Assembly: GCA_035565575.1 (NCBI GenBank)
Contig: DATMSE010000130.1
Span: 1,107 to 65,106, forward strand
Reading direction: 5' to 3'
Source: Xanthobacteraceae bacterium
GTDB lineage: Bacteria > Pseudomonadota > Alphaproteobacteria > Rhizobiales > Xanthobacteraceae
DNA: 64,000 bases
Shown: in pieces, positions 31,967-41,208 of the stretch
Position numbering within the stretch: the first letter of the stretch is position 1
Layout: every line of letters begins with the position of its first letter
Notes under the pieces: model-generated
What the model was told of the DNA's origin: nothing
The model's input: the letters and a program-made list of their open reading frames with translations, nothing else
Database searches by the model: none
Translations under genes and position numbers: made by a program

Positions 31967-33265
31967 TTGACGACGATCTCCGACACTGCTCCAGCGCTGC
32001 GCCAGTTTCCACGCGGAGTGACCATCGTGCGACGATCATCGCGCGGGGCAGCGTCCGCGCCGACGACAGGCTCGTTCGCCGATATCACGGCATGGCTGCT
32101 CAAGGGCGCGGCGCGCGAAACCGAGATGCTGCTGCTGTTCGAATCCTTCATCTGGCGTCTGATCGCCGCGGGGATTCCGCTCGACCGCGCCAGCCTGCAT
32201 ATCGGCACGCTGCACCCGCAACTGCTCGGCTTTGCCTGGAATTGGCGGCGCGACGACGCCACCTGCTACGAGGTGAAAGTGCAGCACCTCACCTCCGAAA
32301 CCGACAGTTTCAAGCTCAATCCGTTGGCCCGCATCTTCGCAACCGGCGAGCCGCTGCGTCGCAACCCGCAAGCGCCCGAAGCGCAGGCCGAGTTTCCGAT
32401 CATGGTCGAATTGGCCGAATCCGGCATCACTGACTATGTCGCGCTGCCGTTCAGCAGCGGCGCCGGCTATCGCCACGCCATGACGCTGGCAACCAGCCAT
32501 CCCGGTGGCTTCCCGCACGCTGCGGGCGCGGAGGTCAGAAACGTACTCGATCTGTTTGCGCTGCATGTCGAGCGGCATATCGTCCAGCGCATCGCCGAGA
32601 ACGCCGTTAGCGCCTATCTCGGAGATGTCGCCGGCCGCAAGGTGCTCAGCGGCTCGATCCAGCGCGGTGCCGGCGAAGCGATCAGGGCGGTGATCTGGAT
32701 GTCTGACCTGCGCGGCTTCACGGCTTTATCGGACCGGTTGTCCGGCACCGAGATGATCGTGTTGCTGAACGCCTATTTCGAGACATTGGCCGGAGCGGTG
32801 CTGCTGCACGGCGGCGAGGTGCTCAAGTTCATGGGCGACGGGCTGCTTGCCGTGTTTCCCATCGGCGAGGCAACGAGCGCGCCAGCCGCAGCGCGGGCGG
32901 CACTCGGCGCCGCGCAACGCGCGATGCGCGACCTTGAGGGGCTCAACGCCGGTGCTTTGCCGCAGCTTGACGGCATCGATGGATGGCGGCCATTGCGTAC
33001 CGGAATCGCGCTTCATGAGGGCGAAGTGTTCTTCGGCAATATCGGCGCACCGGAGCGGCTCGACTTCACGGTGATCGGCCCGGCGGTCAACGAAGCGAGC
33101 CGCGTCGAGGCGCTGCAGAAAACATTGAAGCGCGACATCCTGATCACCACAGCGGTGGCGCGCCTATTGGATATTCCGCTGGATCATCTGGGCGAACATG
33201 CCTTGCGCGGCGTCGCCGCACCAGTCGCGGTCTACAGTCCACGCGAAGCTATGCGAAGGACATGA
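31967..33265 (+). CDS. class III adenylate/guanylate cyclase with an uncharacterised N-terminal domain
   Basis: C-terminal cyclase domain (VIWMSDLRGFTALS ... KFMGDGLLAVFP ... GIALHEGEVFFGNIG). The track start at 31967 is TTG, so the true start is uncertain (GTG 32018 is possible). Confidence 0.8.
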   Translation: MTTISDTAPALRQFPRGVTIVRRSSRGAASAPTTGSFADITAWLLKGAARETEMLLLFESFIWRLIAAGIPLDRASLHIGTLHPQLLGFAWNWRRDDATCYEVKVQHLTSETDSFKLNPLARIFATGEPLRRNPQAPEAQAEFPIMVELAESGITDYVALPFSSGAGYRHAMTLATSHPGGFPHAAGAEVRNVLDLFALHVERHIVQRIAENAVSAYLGDVAGRKVLSGSIQRGAGEAIRAVIWMSDLRGFTALSDRLSGTEMIVLLNAYFETLAGAVLLHGGEVLKFMGDGLLAVFPIGEATSAPAAARAALGAAQRAMRDLEGLNAGALPQLDGIDGWRPLRTGIALHEGEVFFGNIGAPERLDFTVIGPAVNEASRVEALQKTLKRDILITTAVARLLDIPLDHLGEHALRGVAAPVAVYSPREAMRRT

Positions 33266-33272
33266 AGCCTTC

Positions 33273-33776
33273 CTATTCCAGGTAGGTCGTCAACTCCGCG
33301 CCTTCGTCGGCCACGAACACTGCGATCAGTTCGGCGGGTTCGGTGACGCTGGCATTGGCCGATACCAGATGCGTCGAGCCGGGCGGCTCAAAGAACGACT
33401 GTCCGGCCTTGAAAACCTCGACCGGTCCGCCCCCGAGCTGCGAGCGGATCTCGCCCTGCGTGACATAGGCCGTCACCGTGCCGGCATGGCGATGCGGCCG
33501 CGTGAAGCCGCCCGGGCCATAAAACACCCGCACGATGGTGACCCGCTTGCCCGGCACATTCGGCAGCGGATGCGAGGCGATCAGCTCCACCTTGTCGAGC
33601 GGACTCGATGCGCTGGTCCCCTCCACCGCACAGAGCGGCGCGACGACAGCGGACACCGCGTCCATCGACAGCGGCAGCGCCTTGCCGATCAGCAATGCAC
33701 CGGCCAGCCCCGCGGCGATGGCCGCATGAACCTGCCACCGGACCGCTTCCGAAAGATATCCGAATGTCGCCGACAT
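33273..33776 (-). CDS. cupin domain protein with N-terminal signal/anchor
   Basis: Cupin motifs (GFTRPHRHAGTVTAYVTQGE ... PPGSTHLV). Start ATG 33776 is preceded by GGAGG. Lies 19 nt downstream of the SDR stop. Confidence 0.8.
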   Translation of the reverse strand: MSATFGYLSEAVRWQVHAAIAAGLAGALLIGKALPLSMDAVSAVVAPLCAVEGTSASSPLDKVELIASHPLPNVPGKRVTIVRVFYGPGGFTRPHRHAGTVTAYVTQGEIRSQLGGGPVEVFKAGQSFFEPPGSTHLVSANASVTEPAELIAVFVADEGAELTTYLE

Positions 33777-33795
33777 TGCCGCCTCCGGATCTGCC

Positions 33796-34638
33796 TCAGG
33801 CTCCGTCCTGACCGAGCAGCTTGCGCAGGCCGACATAGCCCTGCTGCTGTTGGGTCCAGTTGCGGCCGCCGATTACGCCGCCGTCGATCACCAGATCGGC
33901 GCCATTGATGAAGGACGACTCGTCGCTTGCCAGAAACACCGCCGCATGGGCGATGTCGTCGGGAATGCCGGCGCGCGGGATCGGCTGCGCGGACTTGAAC
34001 AGAGCCGCGAGCGTCTCCGCCTTCTTGTCGGCAGCGCCGGTTTCGACACCGAGCGCCTTGGCAAGAATGCCGGTGGCGATCGCACCGGGGGAAATGCTGT
34101 TGACGCGAATCCCGGCCTCGCCGAGCTCCATCGCCACGCATTTGGTGAAGTGGATCACCGCCGCCTTGGCAGCGCCATAGACCAGCGACGAGGAATAGCC
34201 ACCAAGATGACCCGCAATGCTGCCGTTGTTGATGATGCTCCCGGAGCCTTGCCGGCGCATATGCGGCGCGGCGTGCTTCATGCCGAGCATGACGCTGCGC
34301 ACCAGCGTCGCCATCGCCGCGTCGAACTGCCCGACGTCGAGCCCTTCGATGCCGCCGGTCTGCGCCGGACCGCCTGCATTGTTGAACAAGCAGTCGAGGC
34401 GGCCGAAGCGTGCGACTGCGAGCCCGATCAGCGCTTCGACCTGAGCTTCGTCGGTGACGTCGGTCTGCTTGAAGATACAATTGTCGCCGAGCTTCTTCGC
34501 CAGCGCCTCGCCTTCGTCGCTCCGCCGCCCGGCCGCGACCACCTTGGCGCCCTCCGCAACGAAGATTTCCGCAGTTCGCCAGCCGATGCCGCTGGTTGCG
34601 CCGGTGATCACCGCCACCTTGCCGTCGAGCCGTCCCAC
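33796..34638 (-). CDS. SDR family oxidoreductase
   Basis: TGATSGIG cofactor motif and YGAAK catalytic motif. Confidence 0.9.
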   Translation of the reverse strand: MGRLDGKVAVITGATSGIGWRTAEIFVAEGAKVVAAGRRSDEGEALAKKLGDNCIFKQTDVTDEAQVEALIGLAVARFGRLDCLFNNAGGPAQTGGIEGLDVGQFDAAMATLVRSVMLGMKHAAPHMRRQGSGSIINNGSIAGHLGGYSSSLVYGAAKAAVIHFTKCVAMELGEAGIRVNSISPGAIATGILAKALGVETGAADKKAETLAALFKSAQPIPRAGIPDDIAHAAVFLASDESSFINGADLVIDGGVIGGRNWTQQQQGYVGLRKLLGQDGA

Positions 34639-34782
34639 GTCGTTTCTCCTGCTCTTTCCTCTTCTTTGGAGGCACTATCGACGGGCCTGCGCGGCCGCGC
34701 AAGAACTTTGCGATTCCGGATCTCGCGCGATGAGATTGCCCGGCAGAGCCTTCTGGGCAAGCAGCTCCATGCCACAAAGAAC

Positions 34783-34813
34783 AACTCCGCCTCTGGGGCC
34801 CAGAGACGGAGTT
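34783..34813 (-). terminator. hairpin terminator after fpr
   Basis: AACTCCGCCTCTGG-GGC-CCAGAGACGGAGTT, a 14-bp stem with 1 mismatch. On the minus strand it is followed by GTTCTTTGTGG. Confidence 0.5.
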
Positions 34814-34865
34814 GAGATGATCGCTGTAGCTTGAACGGATAAAGGCTGTGACGTCCGCTCGTGTC

Positions 34866-35639
34866 TCAGCGTTCGGCGAAGGCCTTCTCGACCACGAACT
34901 GACCCGGCTCGCCGTGATTGCCTTCGACGAAGCCGCGCTCCAGCAGCAGCGCGCGCGTATCGACCAGGAGAGCGGGGCTGCCGCACATCATCACGCGGTC
35001 ATGCTCGGCATCGAGTTCGGGCAAGCCGATGTCGCTGAACAGTTTGCCGGACGTCATCAGGTCGGTGATGCGGCCGCGGTTGCGAAACGGGTCGCGCGTC
35101 ACCGTCGGATAATAGATCAGCTGATTGCGGATGTACTCTCCGAGAAAATCGTGTTTCGGCAGCGTCTCGGTGATCATCTCGCCATAGGCGAGCTCCTTGA
35201 CGCGACGGCAGCCATGCAGCAGCACCACCTTCTCGAAGCGCTCATAGGTCTCGGGATCTTTGATGACACTGAGGAACGGCGCGAGGCCGGTGCCGGTCCC
35301 AACCAGATAGAGGTTACGGCCGCTATGCAGATTATCGATCACCAGCGTGCCGGTGGCCTTGCGGCTGACGATGATCTGATCGCCTTCCTTGAGGTGCTGC
35401 AGGCGCGAGGTGAGCGGACCGTCCGGCACCTTGATGGAGAAGAACTCAAGGTTCTCTTCGTAATTGGCGCTGGCGACGCTGTAGGCGCGCAGCAGCGGCT
35501 TCTCGCCCACCTTCAGACCGATCATCGTGAACTCGCCATTGCGGAAGCGGAACGACGGATCGCGGGTGGTGGTGAAGCTGAAGAGGTTGTCCGTCCAGTG
35601 ATGAACGCTGAGGACGTTCTCGTAGTTGAAATTGCTCAT
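34866..35639 (-). CDS. fpr: ferredoxin--NADP(+) reductase
   Basis: Bacterial Fpr pattern (VLSVHHWTDNLFSFTTTRD, RAYSVAS, GTGLAPF, C-terminal VVEKAF). Trimmed to MSNFNYEN (ATG 35639). Confidence 0.9.
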   Translation of the reverse strand: MSNFNYENVLSVHHWTDNLFSFTTTRDPSFRFRNGEFTMIGLKVGEKPLLRAYSVASANYEENLEFFSIKVPDGPLTSRLQHLKEGDQIIVSRKATGTLVIDNLHSGRNLYLVGTGTGLAPFLSVIKDPETYERFEKVVLLHGCRRVKELAYGEMITETLPKHDFLGEYIRNQLIYYPTVTRDPFRNRGRITDLMTSGKLFSDIGLPELDAEHDRVMMCGSPALLVDTRALLLERGFVEGNHGEPGQFVVEKAFAER

Positions 35640-35736
35640 CGGTTGAGGTCCATAACCGTTTGTGCGTCGCAAAAATCCGGGGGCAGAAATGATGCCGAAT
35701 GTGACGGAAGCGTGGCGGTTGCGTGCGCCGATATTG

Positions 35737-35748
35737 TTAGTATACTAA
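35737..35748. promoter_or_regulatory. 12-bp perfect palindrome TTAGTATACTAA in the fpr/enamidase-like divergent promoter region (candidate MarR operator)
   Basis: Perfect palindrome inside an AT-rich patch. Extends to ATTgTTAGTATACTAAtgAAT. Confidence 0.45.
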
Positions 35749-35831
35749 TGAATAAACCGACTTGATCGTTCCGTCAAGATGCGATCAAATCTGATTTCAA
35801 ACCAATGACTTAATGAGAGGGAGCAGGTCGA

Positions 35832-37031
35832 ATGTCGCACGGCGAGCCGCAGGGAAACGTCAATTCCGGGAAGTTGGTCGTTCGCAACATCGGACTGGTT
35901 CTAAGCGGCGCCATCGAAAATCCAATCCTGGATGCCGATACCATCATCGTCGAGAACGGGCTGATCACTGCCGTCGGCCGCGCCAAGGATGTCGATACCG
36001 AGGGGGCGACCTCCGTGATCGATGCCAATGGCATCACGGTAACGCCGGGCCTGATCGACAGCCATGTCCACCCCGTCGCCGGCGACTGGACGCCGCGGCA
36101 GAGCCAGCTCAACTGGATCGACTCCAGCCTCCACGGCGGCGTTACCACCATGATCTCCGCGGGCGAAGTCCACACACCCGGCCGCCCCAAGGACATCACC
36201 GGCCTCAAGGCGATGGCGATCTTCGCGCAGCGTGCGTTCGATGCCTTCCGCCCGAGCGGCGTCAAGGTGCTCGCCGGTGCGCCGGTGATCGAGAACGGCA
36301 TGGAAGAGGAAGACTTCAAGGAGATGGCCGCCGCCGGCGTGCGCTGGCTGGGCGAAGTCGGGCTCGGCAGTGTCAAGGATGGACCGACGGCGCGCAAGAT
36401 GGTGGCCTGGGCCCGCAAATACGGCATGAACAGCACGATTCATACCGGCGGTCCGTCGATCCCCGGCTCCGGCCTGATCGACAAGGACGTCGTGCTGGAA
36501 GCGGACACCGACATCGTCGGTCACATCAACGGCGGCCACACCGCGCTTCCGGACGGGCAGATCCGTTGCATCTGCGAGGGCTGCAAGCGCGGTCTCGAAC
36601 TGGTGCACAACGGCAATGAACGCTCCGCGCTCTATACGCTCCGGCTGGCCCGCGAGATGAACGATCTCGGCCGCATCATTCTCGGCACCGACGGGCCGGC
36701 GGGCTCCGGCGTTCAGCCGCTCGGCATCCTGCGCATGATCTCGATGCTGTCCTCGCTCGGCGAGGTGCCGGCCGAAATCGCATTCTGCTTCGCGACCGGC
36801 AATACCGCGCGGATGCGTGCGCTCGACTGCGGGCTGATCGAAGTCGGCCGTGCCGCCGATTTCGTCTTCATGGATAAAGCGCAGCACTCATCCGGCAAGG
36901 ATATTCTGGAAAGCGTGCGGCTCGGCGACCTTCCCGGCGTCGGCATGACCGTGATCGGCGGCATCGTGCGCAGCCAGCGCAGCCGCAACACGCCGCCCGC
37001 CGCCAAGATACCGACCATTGTAATGGGATGA
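35832..37031 (+). CDS. enamidase-like metal-dependent amidohydrolase
   Basis: 399 aa. Amidohydrolase HxH (GLIDSHVHPVAGDW). Length and opening (VVRNIGLVLSG...IIVENGLITAVG) recall the enamidase subgroup. GGGAG RBS. Confidence 0.7.
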   Translation: MSHGEPQGNVNSGKLVVRNIGLVLSGAIENPILDADTIIVENGLITAVGRAKDVDTEGATSVIDANGITVTPGLIDSHVHPVAGDWTPRQSQLNWIDSSLHGGVTTMISAGEVHTPGRPKDITGLKAMAIFAQRAFDAFRPSGVKVLAGAPVIENGMEEEDFKEMAAAGVRWLGEVGLGSVKDGPTARKMVAWARKYGMNSTIHTGGPSIPGSGLIDKDVVLEADTDIVGHINGGHTALPDGQIRCICEGCKRGLELVHNGNERSALYTLRLAREMNDLGRIILGTDGPAGSGVQPLGILRMISMLSSLGEVPAEIAFCFATGNTARMRALDCGLIEVGRAADFVFMDKAQHSSGKDILESVRLGDLPGVGMTVIGGIVRSQRSRNTPPAAKIPTIVMG

Positions 37032-37076
37032 CGCCAAATTTTTGAAGCGTGATGAGTCCAGATGCGCGTGCTGACC

Positions 37077-37169
37077 TCATCCCGAGGTGCGACGCGCGCT
37101 AAGCGCATAGCCTCGACGGATGGGCGTCGCCCTTCGAGGCTTGGACTTTGTCCGAGCACCTCAGGGTGA
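37077..37169. repeat. nested long hairpin element (family C) between the convergent enamidase-like and marR genes
   Basis: Outer arms TCATCCCGAGGTGC / GCACCTCAGGGTGA (12 Watson-Crick pairs, 1 wobble, 1 mismatch). Inner arms GCCTCGA / TCGAGGC. The core is GGGCG-T-CGCCC. Confidence 0.6.
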
Positions 37170-37196
37170 CGGCGACCGGACGTCAACCATCCCGCG

Positions 37197-37655
37197 CTAT
37201 CGCAGCTTGGCGAGCAGCGCGACGAACACGTCGCGTTCCTTCGCCGTCAACGGCGCCAAAGTCTCTTCCGTCACCTGCAACGCACTGGGCGCCGTCTTCT
37301 CGACCATCGCCTGCCCCGCGCGCGTCAACTTCACCAGCAATCGCCGTCCGTCGCGCGGATCGGGCCCGGTCTCGGTCAGTCCCCGCGCTGTCAGCCGATC
37401 GATCACGCCTTTGATCGTCGCGACATCCATCGCAGTCAGCCGGCCGAGTTGGTTCTGCGAGCAAGGTCCGGCCTCGGCCAGCTTCGACAACGCCGCCCAT
37501 TGCGTCGTAGTCAGACTGGCGCCGATGGCAGCGGTGAAGATCGCGGTATGACGCTGCGAAACCTGGCGTAGGATGAAGCCGACTTGCTCGTCGAGAATGT
37601 AAGAGGCCGGCTCGCGTGGCGCCACCTTAGCTTTTGCAGATGGCTTTTTCGACAT
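37197..37655 (-). CDS. MarR family transcriptional regulator (last gene of the hnr-like operon)
   Basis: 152 aa with a MarR winged helix (LTTTQWAALSKLAEAGPCSQNQLGRLTAMDVATIKGVIDRLTARGL...DPRDGRRLLV). Confidence 0.88.
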   Translation of the reverse strand: MSKKPSAKAKVAPREPASYILDEQVGFILRQVSQRHTAIFTAAIGASLTTTQWAALSKLAEAGPCSQNQLGRLTAMDVATIKGVIDRLTARGLTETGPDPRDGRRLLVKLTRAGQAMVEKTAPSALQVTEETLAPLTAKERDVFVALLAKLR

Positions 37656-37711
37656 CGGTGTTCCTCGGTTCCGCTGCCAGCCGGTCGCTCACGCCGCGCG
37701 GAAAGGACATA

Positions 37712-38416
37712 TCACATTGCGAGATGAGCATCGCGAATATCCGGCCGGGCATCAAGATCGGCCATCGTCCCGTTGAAGCAGATGCGGCCGCGCTCGATGA
37801 TGTAGCTGCGGTCCGAAATCAGCCGCGCGAAATGCAGGTTCTGCTCGGACAGAAGGATGCTCAAGCCTTCCTTCTTCATCGTAAGAATGGCATGCGCCAT
37901 CTGCTCGACGATTTTTGGCGACAGGCCCTCCGACGGTTCGTCCAGCAACACGAGTGAGGGATTGCCCATCAAGGTGCGGGCGATGGTCAACATCTGCTGT
38001 TCGCCGCCGCTCATGCGGCCGCCGGCGCGGTTACGCATTTCCGCGAGGTTGGGAAACAGTTCGAACAGCTTGTCCCGGCTCCAATGCGGAGCGCCGGAAC
38101 GCGGCGGCTGCCGGCCCACCTCGAGATTCTCCTCGACCGTCAGATCGGTGAAGATGCGTCGCTCTTCCGGCACATAGCCAAGACCGGCACGGCCGATCGC
38201 ATGCGTGGGCTGCTTCGAGATATCATGCCCCTCGAACATGATGCGGCCGTCACGGCGCGCCACCAACCCGACGATGGAGCGGAAGGTCGTGGATTTTCCG
38301 GCGCCGTTCCGGCCAAGCAAGGCCACCACCTCGCCGGCACCGACCTCAAGATCGACATCGAACAGGATATGCGCCGGCCCGTAATAACTATTCAGCGCGG
38401 ACACCGAGAGCTTCAT
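37712..38416 (-). CDS. HAAT-family ABC transporter ATP-binding protein (LivF-like)
   Basis: Walker A GRNGAGKSTTF, signature MSGGEQQMLTIARTL, Walker B LVLLDEPSEGL. Confidence 0.92.
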   Translation of the reverse strand: MKLSVSALNSYYGPAHILFDVDLEVGAGEVVALLGRNGAGKSTTFRSIVGLVARRDGRIMFEGHDISKQPTHAIGRAGLGYVPEERRIFTDLTVEENLEVGRQPPRSGAPHWSRDKLFELFPNLAEMRNRAGGRMSGGEQQMLTIARTLMGNPSLVLLDEPSEGLSPKIVEQMAHAILTMKKEGLSILLSEQNLHFARLISDRSYIIERGRICFNGTMADLDARPDIRDAHLAM

Positions 38417-39204
38417 GCACCAGCCTCTTCCTGATGGCGCGCGTCATAGACCAGGCCTTCGCCCAGATAGATCGCCCGCACCTGCGGATCGCGCCGCACC
38501 TTTTCCGGCGAGCCTTCGGCGATCAGCGTGCCGCGATTGAGCACCAGAATGCGATCCGCGTGTTCGAACACCACGTCCATGTCGTGCTCGGTGAACAGCA
38601 CGCCGATCGACTGCTCGCGCGCGATTCGCGCCGTGAGCCGCATCAGTTCGATGCGATCGCGCGGCGCCATGCCGGCCGTCGGCTCGTCCATCAAGAGCAG
38701 CTTCGGTTGATTGGCAAGCGCGATGGCAAGCTCGAGCCGCTTGAGGTCGCCATAAGCCAGTTCGCCGCACGGCCGCTGCGCGTAGCCGTCGACGCCGACC
38801 AGAGAAAGCAGACGGTCCGCTTCGTCGCGCGCAAAACGCGGCGTCGACCGCCACATGTTGAATATCTCGCCGGCATGGGACAGCAGAGCCACCTGCACGT
38901 TCTCGCGCACCGTCATGGTGGGGAACGTCGCGGTAATCTGGAACGTGCGACCGACGCCGAGCCGCCAGACATGCCGCGGCATCTCGCCGGTGATCTCCCT
39001 ACCGAGCAATTGCACGCGGCCGCTGTCCGGCCGACGCTGGCCGTTCAGCATATCGAAGCAGGTGCTTTTGCCCGCCCCGTTCGGTCCGATCAGCGCGAGA
39101 ATTTCTCCGGCTGCCAACCGGAACGACACGCCGCGCACGGCATGCACGCCACCATAGGATTTGGTCAGGCCATCGACGGCCAGAAGGTCGGGACCCGCGG
39201 TCAT
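38413..39204 (-). CDS. HAAT-family ABC transporter ATP-binding protein (LivG-like)
   Basis: Trimmed to MTAGPDLLAVDGLTKSYGG (ATG 39204, ATGA overlap with the permease stop). Walker A GPNGAGKST. LAYGDLKRLELA signature. Confidence 0.9.
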   Translation of the reverse strand: MTAGPDLLAVDGLTKSYGGVHAVRGVSFRLAAGEILALIGPNGAGKSTCFDMLNGQRRPDSGRVQLLGREITGEMPRHVWRLGVGRTFQITATFPTMTVRENVQVALLSHAGEIFNMWRSTPRFARDEADRLLSLVGVDGYAQRPCGELAYGDLKRLELAIALANQPKLLLMDEPTAGMAPRDRIELMRLTARIAREQSIGVLFTEHDMDVVFEHADRILVLNRGTLIAEGSPEKVRRDPQVRAIYLGEGLVYDARHQEEAGA

Positions 39205-41090
39205 TCTGCGCCCTCGGTCTGCGCCGCACGCGGCGAAGCTCGTTTCATGAAGGACAGCCGCCCGCCATCGATCAGGCTCGCGAACGTGCCGACGATGCCT
39301 TTCGGAAATGCCACGACCAGCAGCACGATCACGGCGCCCATCACCAGCTTCGACATCTCGGTATAGCTGACCAGCCAGATGCTGAGCGCCTTGTAGACAA
39401 CGGCGCCGACCACCGCGCCGGATACAGTCTCGACGCCGCCCAGCAGCACCATCACCAGTGAATCGACCGAAAGCGCGATGCCGGCATTGTCGGGAAAAAC
39501 GCTGCCCTTCAGATATGCGAACAGCGCTCCGGCGATAGCGGCGAAGGTGCCGGCGATCACGAAGGCCGTCCATTGCACGCGCTTGCTGTTGATGCCGATC
39601 GCTTCGCTGCGCAGGCCGGAATCACGCGTCGCGCGCAACGCATAGCCGAACGGCGAGAACACCAGCACGCGTAGTGCCATCACCGACAGAGCCATGATCC
39701 CAAGCGCCAGCCAGTAGAACCGGGCCGGTGTCGCCACCAGCGCGGCCGGCCAGACGCCGAGGATGCCGTTGTCGCCGCCGGTGACCTCGACCCACTGAAA
39801 GGCGATCGACCAGACGATCTGTGCGAACGCCAGCGTCAGCATCGCGAAATAGACGCCGGACAATTGCACCGCGAACCAGCCGAACAGCACCGCGCCGAAC
39901 AAACCAAGCAATGGGCCGATCAGCAGACAGACAATCATCGGAAGACCGGCAAGCTTGGCAAGGAATGCGACGCCGTAGGCACCGAGCCCGAAGTAAGCGG
40001 CATGACCGAACGACGCCATGCCGCCGACCGACATCAGGAAGTGCAGGCTGACCGCAAAGATGACAAAGATCGCGATCTCCGCGCCGACGATCAGCGCATA
40101 GTTGCTGCCGAGCAGCGGCAGTGCCGCGGCCAGCATCAGCACGCCGAGTGACGCAAGCCGCGCCCGCGCCGACAGCGGCTGCCAGGGCCGCACTGCAAGG
40201 CCCGGTGTCTGCCGCGCTGCGGCTTCCGGTTTGCCGAACAGGCCCCATGGCCGAACGATCAGCACCACCGCCATCACGAGGAAGACGAGGATGATCGAGA
40301 TTTTGGGGAAGATGAGGATGCCGAACGCATTCAATTCGGATACCAGAACCGCCGCGACGAAGGCGCCGGTGATGCTGCCGAGACCACCGATGACGACGAC
40401 GACGAACACATCGACGATGATGCGCAGGTCCATCGTGTGATTGACCGCGTCGCGCGGAATCTGCAAGGCGCCGCCAAGCGCCGCGAGAAAGACGCCGAGC
40501 GCAAAGACGCTGGTGAACAACCATTTCTGATTGACGCCGAGCGCCGCCACCATGTCGCGATCCTGCGTCGCGGCGCGCACCAGCACGCCCCAGCGCGTGC
40601 GATGAAACAGCAGCCACAAGGCGCCGAGCACCGCGGGCCCGAGCACGATCAAGAGAACATCATAGGTCGGAATGGCCTGGCCGAAGAAATCGAGCGCACC
40701 GCGCAAGCCCGGCGCGCGGCGCCCTAACAGATCGTCCGGGCCCCAGATCAACACCGCGAGATCCTCGACGACGAGCGTCAGGCCAAAGGTGGCGAGCAGT
40801 TGGAACAGTTCGGGCGAACGATAGATCCGGCGCAGCAGCGTCATCTCCACCAGCACGCCGATCGCCGCAACGATAAGCGCGGCGAGAACGATGCCGCCCC
40901 AGAAACCGAGCGTGCCCGACATCCGCTCGGTCAGAGAGAAGGCGATATAGGCACCGAGCATATAGAAGGCGCCGTGCGCGAAGTTCACGATGCGCGTGAC
41001 GCCGAAAATGATCGACAGGCCGGACGCGACCAGAAACAGCGCGGCGGCGCTGGCGAGGCCGGAAAGAAACTGGACGACGTAAAAGCTCAT
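39201..41090 (-). CDS. fused LivH-LivM type ABC transporter permease
   Basis: One 629-aa ORF. The N-terminal half is LivH-like (VNFAHGAFYMLGAY). The C-terminal half is LivM-like (MASFGHAAYFGLGAYG). Confidence 0.88.
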   Translation of the reverse strand: MSFYVVQFLSGLASAAALFLVASGLSIIFGVTRIVNFAHGAFYMLGAYIAFSLTERMSGTLGFWGGIVLAALIVAAIGVLVEMTLLRRIYRSPELFQLLATFGLTLVVEDLAVLIWGPDDLLGRRAPGLRGALDFFGQAIPTYDVLLIVLGPAVLGALWLLFHRTRWGVLVRAATQDRDMVAALGVNQKWLFTSVFALGVFLAALGGALQIPRDAVNHTMDLRIIVDVFVVVVIGGLGSITGAFVAAVLVSELNAFGILIFPKISIILVFLVMAVVLIVRPWGLFGKPEAAARQTPGLAVRPWQPLSARARLASLGVLMLAAALPLLGSNYALIVGAEIAIFVIFAVSLHFLMSVGGMASFGHAAYFGLGAYGVAFLAKLAGLPMIVCLLIGPLLGLFGAVLFGWFAVQLSGVYFAMLTLAFAQIVWSIAFQWVEVTGGDNGILGVWPAALVATPARFYWLALGIMALSVMALRVLVFSPFGYALRATRDSGLRSEAIGINSKRVQWTAFVIAGTFAAIAGALFAYLKGSVFPDNAGIALSVDSLVMVLLGGVETVSGAVVGAVVYKALSIWLVSYTEMSKLVMGAVIVLLVVAFPKGIVGTFASLIDGGRLSFMKRASPRAAQTEGAE

Positions 41091-41106
41091 CAGGGCTGTC
41101 CGGCTT

Positions 41107-41199
41107 GGCGATGGACGTAAGCCATCGCCCGGTCATTCAAGGCAAACAGAACAGAGATCATCGTCAGGTCGGCGGCCGAAGCGCCATGCTGCGGCCGCC
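41107..41199 (-). other. two intercistronic GC hairpins between the binding-protein and permease genes
   Basis: GGCGATGG-N7-CCATCGCC (41107-41129) and GGCGGCCG-N13-CGGCCGCC (41171-41199), both inside the 118-nt spacer. Confidence 0.4.
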
Positions 41200-41208
41200 T
41201 CGCCTGTC

